Of a DNA stretch of 38,099 bases, positions 1 through 8,625 are shown one piece after another (the first letter of the stretch is position 1; each line of letters opens with the position of its first letter). Below the pieces are notes generated by a model. It was not told the origin of the DNA. It ran no database searches and worked only from the letters and a program-made list of their open reading frames with translations. A program made the translations under genes and the position numbers. This stretch comes from a virus (Duplodnaviria > Caudoviricetes): positions 1 to 38,099 of IMG/VR virus record IMGVR_UViG_3300028188_000468. One strand, written 5' to 3'.

Positions 1-1
1 C

Positions 2-2455
2 TATGCCACTGTACCGGTTGTTATCATCACAACCCGGGCCACCACATCGAAAAAAATATCGTTGGATGACCTGGCAGGGCGCCGTGTGGGGGTCGTTTCC
101 GGATATGCCACCGAGACATACCTTCAAGAGATGGCCTTGCATGATCATTTCGATATAGTCACGGTTGCCAATGTGGCTGAAGGGTTGCAGCGCACAGCCT
201 TTGGTCAGATTGATGCGTTTGTTGAAAACCTGGCCGTTGCCGCATATTATATTGAACTTAAAGGCATTCCCAACCTGCGAGTCGCGGGCACAACCGATTA
301 CTCGTTTGCATGGTGTATCGGTGTTAGTCGGGAATATCCTTTGCTCTTCAGCGCTATAACCAAGGCCATGAAATATATTCCCGCCAGTGAAATGACCAAT
401 ATTCGCAAAAAATGGATTGCAATGGAAGTTGATTTCAAAATGAATCCAAAAACCAGGCGCAATTTAATCCTGACAGCCCTCTTTGCTGTTCTGTTGATCG
501 CTGGCCTGACTAGCATTACCATTTTCCTCAAGTTACGTTTGAATCAGAAGATTGCCGGTTTAAAGGAAAGCGAAGAAAAATACAGACTCCTTTTTGATAA
601 TGCTGTTGAAGGTGTTTTTCAAACTACACCAGATGGCCGTTTCCTGTCTGCCAACCCGTCCCTGGTTAAGATTCTGGGGTTTCAATCCTCCGGGGAGCTT
701 TTTGATCATTTCAAAGATATCGGACAACAACATTACCTGAATACTGAAGACCGGGATACTTTCAGGCAGATTATTGAAACCGACGGGGTCATTAACAACT
801 ATGAAGTGCAATTGCTCAGGCGGGATGGTTCCCCTATATGGGCCAACATTAAGGCCAGAGCTGTATGGGATGAGACGGGTGCAATTCATCATTTTGACGG
901 ATTTCTGGAGGATATCACCGAGCGTAAGCATGTGGAAAAGACGCTGAGGGAAAGCGAGGAACGCTATCGGGAGTACTTTGAAGAAAATATTTCTGGAACT
1001 TATATCTCAACTCCTGAGGGGCGCCTGATTGCATGCAATCAAGAGTATAGAAGAATTTTCGGATTTGATAGTATCAAGCATGCTCTGAATACACCTATTA
1101 ATAATTTTTTCAAGAATTCTAATGATAGAATTGACTTTTTGAATATGATTAAAAAAGGAAAACGAGTGACTGGTTATGAACCTAAATTAACCCGATTGGA
1201 TGGAACACCCTTTCATCTGATTGAAAATGCTTCAGGAGTATTTGATAAAGATGGTAATTTAAGACATATTCGAGGATTTTTATTGGATGTTACCGAGCAA
1301 AAAAAACTTGAAACCCAACTCCACCAAGCACAAAAAATGGAGGCTATAGGCACCCTTGCTGGCGGCATAGCCCATGATTTTAACAATATTCTTTTCCCCG
1401 TTATAGGTCATACGGAGATGCTATTGGTGGATGTCCCTGAAGACAGTCCATTCAGAAATAGCCTTAAAGAAATTTATACCAGTGCCTTAAGAGCCAAAGA
1501 TCTGGTAAAACAGATCCTTACATTCTCCCGTCAAGATAGCAGTGAATTGATACTGATGAAGATGCAGTCTATTATTAAGGAAGCATTAAATCTTATCAGG
1601 TCTACAATTCCCACAACAATTGAAATCAAACAAGATATCAATCCTGATGGTGGTATAATCAAAGCTGATCCCACACAAATTCATCAGATTGTAATGAATC
1701 TTGCAACCAATGCTTATCATGCGATGGAAGACACAGGCGGGGAGCTGAAAGTAAGCCTCAAAGAATTGGAACTCGGAACACTTGATCTAATTAATTCAAA
1801 TATGGCACCTGGAGTTTATGCTTGTCTGACAGTGGCTGATACAGGGGTGGGCATGGATAAAAACGTAACAGATAAAATCTTTGATCCGTTTTTCACCACC
1901 AAAGCAATAGGCAAGGGCACTGGAATGGGGCTTTCAGTGGTGCATGGTATTGTTACTACTATGGGGGGCGCTATCCATGTATATAGCGACCCTGGAAAAG
2001 GAACACAATTTCATGTTTATTTGCCTGTGATAAAAAGCGCTGCTGAGAAACCGAAGATCCAGACTCAAGTTCCAATCCAGGGCGGCACTGAACATCTCCT
2101 TCTTGTGGATGATGAAGAAGCGATCCTTTCAATGGAAAAACGGATGCTGGAGCGCCTGGGGTATCAAGTTACCTCACGTACCAGCAGCCTTGAAGCACTT
2201 GAAGCTTTTCGCTCAAATCCTGATAAATTTGATATGGTTATCACTGATATGGCAATGCCAAATATGCCTGGAGATAAACTATCGGTTGAATTGATTAAAA
2301 TACGTCCTGATATTCCTGTATTGCTTTGCACAGGATTCAGCGAAGCCATGTCTGTAGAAAAGGCGGCATCTCTGGGCATTAAAGGTTTTCTAATGAAGCC
2401 GATTGTGATGAAGGATCTTGCCCAAAAGATACGTGAAGTGCTGGACAAAAATTAA
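2..2455 (+). CDS. Hybrid sensor histidine kinase/response regulator (periplasmic SBP, TM, 2x PAS, HisKA, HATPase_c, REC), 5'-partial
   Basis: Frame is open back to the window start. TM LILTALFAVLLIAGLTSITIFL; PAS starts EEKYRLLFDNAVEG and EERYREYFEENISG; H-box GGIAHDFNNIL; FDPFFTTK and GTGMGL; receiver LLVDDE...TDMAMP...KP. Confidence 0.95.
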   Translation, partial: YATVPVVIITTRATTSKKISLDDLAGRRVGVVSGYATETYLQEMALHDHFDIVTVANVAEGLQRTAFGQIDAFVENLAVAAYYIELKGIPNLRVAGTTDYSFAWCIGVSREYPLLFSAITKAMKYIPASEMTNIRKKWIAMEVDFKMNPKTRRNLILTALFAVLLIAGLTSITIFLKLRLNQKIAGLKESEEKYRLLFDNAVEGVFQTTPDGRFLSANPSLVKILGFQSSGELFDHFKDIGQQHYLNTEDRDTFRQIIETDGVINNYEVQLLRRDGSPIWANIKARAVWDETGAIHHFDGFLEDITERKHVEKTLRESEERYREYFEENISGTYISTPEGRLIACNQEYRRIFGFDSIKHALNTPINNFFKNSNDRIDFLNMIKKGKRVTGYEPKLTRLDGTPFHLIENASGVFDKDGNLRHIRGFLLDVTEQKKLETQLHQAQKMEAIGTLAGGIAHDFNNILFPVIGHTEMLLVDVPEDSPFRNSLKEIYTSALRAKDLVKQILTFSRQDSSELILMKMQSIIKEALNLIRSTIPTTIEIKQDINPDGGIIKADPTQIHQIVMNLATNAYHAMEDTGGELKVSLKELELGTLDLINSNMAPGVYACLTVADTGVGMDKNVTDKIFDPFFTTKAIGKGTGMGLSVVHGIVTTMGGAIHVYSDPGKGTQFHVYLPVIKSAAEKPKIQTQVPIQGGTEHLLLVDDEEAILSMEKRMLERLGYQVTSRTSSLEALEAFRSNPDKFDMVITDMAMPNMPGDKLSVELIKIRPDIPVLLCTGFSEAMSVEKAASLGIKGFLMKPIVMKDLAQKIREVLDKN

Positions 2456-2742
2456 AGTTGAAACGGTAGAACATGACTATGGTCCTCAACCATTAATGCT
2501 TACAAAAATTGTAGAATACCAAGAGCATTCTTCTAATTTTTAATTAAGACCTGACTCAATATCTTGTGCTTGGGAAGAATAATATTCTGTCATCTTGCAT
2601 TAAACTATATAGACTAAAACGATAGTCATAAGCCATTCTTCCGCATTCTACTCTATAATATAGCAAATTGAATGGACCTGGTTGCCAAGAACCCTCGGTT
2701 CACAGTGTCGAAAAAAATCAGCTTAAGTATGTATAAAGTGGA

Positions 2743-3657
2743 TTAAATTTGTGGAGGTGGGCCTATCGATAAAATTTGCCCCACACCGTTTTGATTTTCA
2801 ATAACTTTAACCGCATTGGTCATATTAATTGTTTGAATACATGTGTGATGAACACATAAAACTGCATCTTGAAGATCTTGGTTCTCTTCTAATTCTGTGA
2901 CATTTATATCCAGCGCTCTAATGTCTTCAAAAGAAAGATGGCGAGAATGAGACAATGTCATTGCATGATTTCCCATTTCTTGAATGATACGATCAGCTTT
3001 TGTTTCTTTATCCTTATCGTCTTTGAACATACCGGTGCAGAGCCATTTTTTTACTACTTGGTCAGACCATCTAATTGCCTTGTCACATTCTCCAATTAAA
3101 GATGGACTGTATTTTTGTAATATAGGAATCCAAAAACCTTGCAACTGTGGGTTTGCGACTATTTCCTTTTTCGCCTGTTCGACCTCTTCAAGAATTCCGT
3201 GTGCTGGCAAATTGGCTATTTGAGGATCAATAGGACCAAGGTTAGAATGTTTTCCCATAACAATTTCATCGCAAGACAAGGAAATCATAGTGCCTGCAGA
3301 CATGGCAATCTGCGGGATTATCGCACGAATGTTATTGTTAAACATTTTCCTGAGGTAATCCACTAATGATTCCGTGGCTGCTATACTACCGCCTGGTGTA
3401 TGAAGAACAAGATCCAGCCCTAAATTTCTATCAAGCTTATGAATAGCGGCCATAAAGCCATTTTTATCAGAATCGTTGATTGAAAAAACATTGCCAGCTT
3501 GGTTGGCAAGATAAGCTTTGTCCAACCAGCCAGAATAATATACTATTACATTTCTACCGGTTTGTTCAGAAAGTCGCTTGAGATATTTTCTCCTAACACG
3601 ATCATGAGGGCTACCCGCAGTTTTAATCTCATTTAGTAGTTCAAGCCAACTTGACAT
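2743..3657 (-). CDS. SDH-family Clp-fold serine protease (ClpP/S49-like)
   Basis: Motifs LVLHTPGGS, PQIAMSAGTMISLSCDEIVMG and LGPIDPQ. ATG 3657 with GGGGG RBS preferred over the track start at 3669. Confidence 0.88.
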   Translation of the reverse strand: MSSWLELLNEIKTAGSPHDRVRRKYLKRLSEQTGRNVIVYYSGWLDKAYLANQAGNVFSINDSDKNGFMAAIHKLDRNLGLDLVLHTPGGSIAATESLVDYLRKMFNNNIRAIIPQIAMSAGTMISLSCDEIVMGKHSNLGPIDPQIANLPAHGILEEVEQAKKEIVANPQLQGFWIPILQKYSPSLIGECDKAIRWSDQVVKKWLCTGMFKDDKDKETKADRIIQEMGNHAMTLSHSRHLSFEDIRALDINVTELEENQDLQDAVLCVHHTCIQTINMTNAVKVIENQNGVGQILSIGPPPQI

Positions 3658-3848
3658 GCATTCCCCCATGTAATGGTATCAGTCGAATTATTTGTTAAGC
3701 TGTATTGGTGCCTTTTGGCTGCATCTTCAGTAGGGACAATCATAAATTCACCAAAAGCATGAACTATATCTCCTGGGCGTTGCACATTTATTAAATTTAA
3801 AAAAACCTCATCTTCATAGTTTCTAAATGGAATGTTTATATTTGGCAT
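3633..3848 (-). CDS. Small hypothetical protein (~71 aa) overlapping the start of the protease gene
   Basis: GGGAG RBS 6 nt before ATG 3848 (track starts at 3863); lies between the sigma54 motif and the protease gene. Confidence 0.55.
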   Translation of the reverse strand: MPNINIPFRNYEDEVFLNLINVQRPGDIVHAFGEFMIVPTEDAAKRHQYSLTNNSTDTITWGNACQVGLNY

Positions 3849-3938
3849 TTTTTTCTCCCACATGCTAATTCTTTAATAATCAATGAAAACATACTTAGTC
3901 ACTTAAGACAAAAAAAACAGTATTAAATCTTTAATTAA

Positions 3939-3954
3939 TGCAAATTAGATACCA
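3939..3954 (-). promoter_or_regulatory. Putative sigma54 (-24/-12) promoter for the small ORF-protease operon
   Basis: Minus strand reads TGGTATCTAATTTGCA: GG-N10-GC spacing, close to TGGCAC-N5-TTGCA, about 90 nt upstream of the first start. Confidence 0.6.
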
Positions 3955-4041
3955 AATAATTACGTCAAATGACTATTTCGTATTTAAAATGGTATCAATT
4001 CCCCTTGATATGTATTCTATAATTAGAATAATAAGCATTTG

Positions 4042-4082
4042 CAACAATTATTCCACTTTTTTACAACAATTATTTCCACTTT
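4042..4082. repeat. Direct repeat CAACAATTATT(T)CCACTTT x2, 22-bp period; candidate enhancer site
   Basis: Copies at 4042-4059 and 4064-4082, about 90-130 bp upstream of the sigma54 motif. Confidence 0.6.
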
Positions 4083-4531
4083 ATAGAATATAATCATGAA
4101 TATTAAAATCGACCAAGATCCGATTTCCCTTTAGGTCAACATACAATTTGTGGCATTTCTTGTTACAAAATATGGAAAATAATGCTTAGTTACTGGAACT
4201 ATTTTACCATTGACACTCCAAAAAGAAAAGGATTAAAGGGGGTTCCATATGTAACCCTATTAAACTGACAAACAGGCTATTGAAAAATAAAGTTATTCGC
4301 TGGCAAGTTTTCATGCATTGCCCACAGTGTTATTTATAATAAAAAGTGGTCATATTTTCAGACATAATTGACTCAACTTTATAGGATATCAAGATCATTT
4401 TACCCAAATCACATAATTTGAATTTTTGAAATCCGGTTAAGTATTTAATAAGTGTAATGGCCAGCCGATTTTTTGACTCTGCTATTTCTCCAAATTAGGA
4501 AAATAAAAAAAATGGATTGCCATTTTAGTTT

Positions 4532-4915
4532 TCAAGAATTTGTCTTTTCAAAATACTGGGCAAGGGCTTCGATGATCTTGGACGGGCTGAAGGGTTTTTC
4601 CATAAAAATGGTGTCCTGCATTTCATCGATCCATTTCTGTTCATGGGGATCGATCCGCGCCGTGATGATGATGGTAAAAAAAGGGCGGTCTTTTTTTAAG
4701 GGATTGGTCATTATGCAAAGTTCTTTGCCGTCAAGCCTGGGCATATTTAAATCAGAAATCACGGCATCAGGTTTTTGATTCTTGATGATTTCCAGACCCT
4801 GCTTTCCATTCTTTGCAGTCAGGGTATCATACCCGCTGAGCTTGATCTTAATTTCCAGTATCCGCCGGATATGGACATCATCGTCTATAATGAGAATGGT
4901 TTTTTTATTATCCAA
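4532..4915 (-). CDS. Single-domain response regulator (receiver)
   Basis: ILIIDDD, SDLNMPRLDG, ITAR, EKPF; TTG start after GGGAG RBS. Confidence 0.92.
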   Translation of the reverse strand: MDNKKTILIIDDDVHIRRILEIKIKLSGYDTLTAKNGKQGLEIIKNQKPDAVISDLNMPRLDGKELCIMTNPLKKDRPFFTIIITARIDPHEQKWIDEMQDTIFMEKPFSPSKIIEALAQYFEKTNS

Positions 4916-4944
4916 TGAGTAAATCTCCCTTTGGTACTTTTATC

Positions 4945-4972
4945 GTGAACTGGCTTCCTTTGTCAAGTTCAC
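4945..4972. promoter_or_regulatory. Inverted repeat GTGAACT-N14-AGTTCAC overlapping a minus-strand TTGACA upstream of the receiver gene
   Basis: Perfect 7-bp arms at 4945-4951 and 4966-4972; TGTCAA at 4961-4966. Confidence 0.4.
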
Positions 4973-5409
4973 TTTGGACCTCAATTATAATAAAAAAAGG
5001 ACGGTTTTTGTAAAAATCTTATTGGTAAAAACTATCACTAAGTCTCTTTGACACGTATTCTCTTCATGTAATTATCCAGCATCGACCACGGCTCATTCTT
5101 TCGAAAAACACAAGCCTCACAATGAAAATTTTCCCAACCATATGAAAAAACCCAGGTAAGGTATACATCATAAAAAACACAAAATAAATATCACAAATCC
5201 AAAGAGTAATATCTGACCTTAAACTTTTTGCAAATAGAAAAATCCAATTAGTTCAATCAACTTAATAGGATATAAACCTATCACAAATTTTCGTGAGTGA
5301 AATGCAATTTTCACGCATTGATTCAATTGTAATCCCCATTTTCCCCTGAAACAATAAGCCCCAACTAACAAACTTTGGACTCCGATATGGAAATGAGGGG
5401 ATTTTTGCT

Positions 5410-5820
5410 TTGATTATTGAGTTGAAACGGCTTGAAAAAACAGACAAATGTATCATCGGATCTCTACAAATAGATGACCTTGAAGCGTACTCCACGCTTG
5501 AAAATCCAGATCTTGAAAATCAGCGATTTATATCTTGTGTCCCACCTGCCACCTACCTTTGCCGTCGAACCATATCCCCTAAATTTGGCGAAACATTTGA
5601 AATATCAGTTCCTGACCGGGATCATATCCTTTTCCATGCCGGAAACACGGCAAAAGATACATCCGGGTGCATATTAATAGGAAGTCATACCGGGTGGCTG
5701 AATGGAAACAGGGCAGTGCTGAGTTCTCGTAAAGCTGTTAAGCGCTTCATGGAGACCCTGGCAGATGTTGACTCTTTTACGATAAAAATCACAGAGGATT
5801 TCGGCAATGACCATTCTTAA
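5410..5820 (+). CDS. DUF5675 family protein, putative endolysin
   Basis: TLENP, SCVPPATY and ILFHAGNTAKDTSGCILIG motifs; TTG start after GAGGGG; lysis position before terminase. Confidence 0.8.
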   Translation: MIIELKRLEKTDKCIIGSLQIDDLEAYSTLENPDLENQRFISCVPPATYLCRRTISPKFGETFEISVPDRDHILFHAGNTAKDTSGCILIGSHTGWLNGNRAVLSSRKAVKRFMETLADVDSFTIKITEDFGNDHS

Positions 5821-6226
5821 TATTCCATTCCTTGCTGCAGCCGAGGCCAGTTCAAAAGTAGTTACGCCATCAGTACCAACCCCGCTTGATACCAACACAG
5901 TTTTTATGGGTGTTGGGTTTCTTTGTCTGGGTGCCATGGTATCGGTCCTGGGCTGGTTTTTAAAAAAGCAGCTGGAAGAAATATTAGCCGCACAATCGAA
6001 CATTGTCCGTTCACATCAGTCTTGCCGGGATACGCTGCAAGATCGTTTTGCTGATAAGCAGAATACTTCAGATCATTTTAAAATACTCTATGGCCGGACT
6101 GACAAGTACGCAATTGATATCGCCCAGCATGACATGATTTTGTATGGCCGCAGAAAGCATGATGAACCCGGAGAGATGTCAGTCGTAAACGATCAATATC
6201 AGGATGGGCCGGATAGGAGGGGTTGA
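5807..6226 (+). CDS. Single-TM membrane protein, possible holin/lysis accessory
   Basis: One hydrophobic helix VFMGVGFLCLGAMVSVLGWFL followed by KK; adjacent to DUF5675. Confidence 0.5.
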   Translation: MTILNIPFLAAAEASSKVVTPSVPTPLDTNTVFMGVGFLCLGAMVSVLGWFLKKQLEEILAAQSNIVRSHQSCRDTLQDRFADKQNTSDHFKILYGRTDKYAIDIAQHDMILYGRRKHDEPGEMSVVNDQYQDGPDRRG

Positions 6227-6702
6227 TGGGAAAAAGTAAAAAACAAAACCCTGTAAGACTCACTAAGACAGGTACTAAAGTTATTTATGATCCAGAATTT
6301 GTTTCCATGGCCCAGGTTGCTTGTGAGAACGGATTTACCGATCTCAAGTTGGCCAAACTTTTCAGGGTTTCAAAAAGTTTAATTAACAATTGGAAAAAAG
6401 ACCATCCTGAGTTCTTGAACGCCATTAAGACCGGAAAAGATAAATATGACACAGAGAATGTTGAAACAGCTCTGCTAAAACGAGCCCTTGGCTACAGTTA
6501 TGAAGAAACTACCAAGGAGCTGGATGAAGACGGGGATATGGAAGTCACAAAAAGGGTTCGAAAGCAGGTAGCAGGTGATGTCAAAGCTCAAACGTTTTGG
6601 CTTCGCAACCGTAACCGGGAACGGTGGCCGGATATGAAGAATTTGGATGGTGATTTGAAGCTCAATGTAACGCACGAAGATACCCTGGACTATTTGGAAT
6701 AA
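6226..6702 (+). CDS. terS: Terminase small subunit (HTH type)
   Basis: HTH GFTDLKLAKLFRVSKSLINNWKKDHPEF; AQTFWLRNR; directly upstream of TerL; AGGAGG RBS with TGATG overlap (track uses TTG 6223). Confidence 0.85.
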   Translation: MGKSKKQNPVRLTKTGTKVIYDPEFVSMAQVACENGFTDLKLAKLFRVSKSLINNWKKDHPEFLNAIKTGKDKYDTENVETALLKRALGYSYEETTKELDEDGDMEVTKRVRKQVAGDVKAQTFWLRNRNRERWPDMKNLDGDLKLNVTHEDTLDYLE

Positions 6703-6709
6703 TTGAACA

Positions 6710-8248
6710 ATGGTAACTGAGATTACAACAGAGAGAGATTTGAGGGCTAAGAGCAGGTTGAAGAATGACCTGCTTCATTACGCTAATAGGTGTCTCAAGA
6801 TCCGAACCAAAAAAGCTGTCCTGGTGGATGGCCGTTTGCAAAAGATCATCCCGTTTATTTTCAACCGGGCTCAATTATATCTCCATGACAAATTAGAGCA
6901 ACAAAAAGCCAAGACCGGCAAGATCAGGGCATTACTGCTGAAAGGCCGTCAACAAGGGTGCAGCACATATGTGGGTGGCAGGTATTACAACAATACCACC
7001 CACCGGCGTGGAGTTAAGACTTTTATCCTGGCTCACATGGATGATGCCACCACAAACTTATTCAACATGGTCAAAAGGTATCATGAGCATTGTCCAAAAA
7101 GAGTTCGCCCGTCCACTTCCTTTTCAAATAGAAAAGAGCTGGTGTTTGATAAGATTGATTCAGCATATGGCTTGGGCACGGCTGGTTCAAAGAATGTGGG
7201 AAGATCCGACACGATAGATTTTTTCCATGGTTCTGAGGTTGCTTTCTGGGAAAATACAGATGAGATCAAAACAGGTGTCTTCCAGGCTGCTGAAATGGCT
7301 GAAGAGATCATCCTTGAATCCACGGCCAATGGCCTGGGGAATATGTTCCATAAAATGTGGCAGGATGCGGAGAAGGGAAAAAGCGAATACATTGCAATTT
7401 TTATTCCCTGGTACTGGCAATCGGAATACAGAAAGACTGTCCCGAGTGATGCGGAATTTATCCCGTCCATAGAAGAGGCAGCATATCAAAAGGCTTACAA
7501 GCTGGATGATGAACAGATTTATTGGAGACGGTTCAAAATTGTTGAGCTTGGTGATCCTCTTCTTTTCAAACAAGAGTATCCCGGGAATGCGGCGGAAGCT
7601 TTCCAGACAACGGGTATCAATTCCTTGATATCTGCGGAATCAGTATTGACGGCCAGAAAAACAATGGGTGTTCCCAAATATGGTGCTTATGTCGTTGGCT
7701 GTGATCCTGCCCGTGAAGGTGACGATGCGACCACATTTATCAGACGTCAGGGTCGAAGAGCCTGGAATATAGAATCCCACCACAAACTGGATGATATGGC
7801 CAAGGCTGGTCAGGCCCGGATGATCTTGGAGAATGAACCCGTTGACAGGATGTTCATTGATCGGGGCGGCGGATCTGGCATGTATGACCGGCTGGTTGAA
7901 ATGGGCTTTGGAAATAGAGTAACTCTTGTTAATTTCGGCAGCAAGGCCATGGACCCGGAGCATTATAAAAATCGCCGTGCAGAAATGTGGGATGAGATCA
8001 GGAAATGGCTTGAGTCGGATGAAGAAGTACAGCTACCCGACGTTGATACCCTTCAAGCTGATCTTACAGCCCCTGGGTACAAATACACCAGCACAACTCA
8101 GAAGCAGCTTGAGCCCAAGGAAGATATCAAAAAAAGAATAGGCAGATCCCCGGATGAAGGTGATGGCCTTGCACTGACGTTTGCAGAGCCGGTGCAGATT
8201 GTAAAAACCAGATCAAAACGGCGGAGACGCTCAGGGATGGCGGCATAA
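6710..8248 (+). CDS. terL: Terminase large subunit
   Basis: Walker A LKGRQQGCST, Walker B FHGSEVAFW, coupling motif ESTANG, nuclease motifs GCDPAREGDD and SPDEGDGLALTFA. Confidence 0.95.
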   Translation: MVTEITTERDLRAKSRLKNDLLHYANRCLKIRTKKAVLVDGRLQKIIPFIFNRAQLYLHDKLEQQKAKTGKIRALLLKGRQQGCSTYVGGRYYNNTTHRRGVKTFILAHMDDATTNLFNMVKRYHEHCPKRVRPSTSFSNRKELVFDKIDSAYGLGTAGSKNVGRSDTIDFFHGSEVAFWENTDEIKTGVFQAAEMAEEIILESTANGLGNMFHKMWQDAEKGKSEYIAIFIPWYWQSEYRKTVPSDAEFIPSIEEAAYQKAYKLDDEQIYWRRFKIVELGDPLLFKQEYPGNAAEAFQTTGINSLISAESVLTARKTMGVPKYGAYVVGCDPAREGDDATTFIRRQGRRAWNIESHHKLDDMAKAGQARMILENEPVDRMFIDRGGGSGMYDRLVEMGFGNRVTLVNFGSKAMDPEHYKNRRAEMWDEIRKWLESDEEVQLPDVDTLQADLTAPGYKYTSTTQKQLEPKEDIKKRIGRSPDEGDGLALTFAEPVQIVKTRSKRRRRSGMAA

Positions 8249-8625
8249 TGGCGGAAGTAATTAGAAGAATAGCATATCGGACGATTGACGACGAGCCCGA
8301 GCCCGTGCTGCTTATATGCCCAAAATTTCCAAGGGAAGGACACACTGCAAATTTTTGTATCCGGATGGAAGATTTATGGATGTACACTCCTGATAAGAAC
8401 CCGGATTTTACCAAATGGATGTATAACATTACTTCATTAATTTATTATCAATTCAATCTTGGTGTCGTGACCAGCCAGCGTATGGCCGAGGTTGCCACGG
8501 CTATTGAAGACGGCATCGAAGAGTTATTGTCGGCCACACCGGAACCTCTCCTTCCCCCTGCTACAACCCCAGGGGGTCGTTCTGGTGATGGAATAAAAAT
8601 CAATGGAAACAAGGTGATTATATGA
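8248..8625 (+). CDS. Hypothetical phage protein
   Basis: 125-aa ORF coupled to TerL (TAATG) and portal (ATGA). Confidence 0.7.
   Translation: MAEVIRRIAYRTIDDEPEPVLLICPKFPREGHTANFCIRMEDLWMYTPDKNPDFTKWMYNITSLIYYQFNLGVVTSQRMAEVATAIEDGIEELLSATPEPLLPPATTPGGRSGDGIKINGNKVII

Noticed and set aside
4240-4257. Imperfect palindrome GGGTTCCATATGTAACCC as a Geobacter-type LexA box
   Set aside because: Two mismatches to GGTT-N2-C-N4-G-N3-ACC and not next to a convincing promoter or start; may be an operator but unsupported.
4301-4316. Plus-strand sigma54 motif TGGCAAGTTTTCATGC
   Set aside because: GG-to-GC spacing is 11 nt rather than the required 10, and no credible downstream gene (4473..4778 is a shadow of the receiver gene).
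5297-5314. Rex or CRP site
   Set aside because: Spacer lengths do not fit GTGAA-N4-TTCAC (Rex) or TGTGA-N6-TCACA (CRP).
2456-5409. tRNA/att site or CRISPR array at the element's left boundary
   Set aside because: No cloverleaf, tRNA 3' fragment or repeat-spacer periodicity seen; an att core cannot be identified without the other end.
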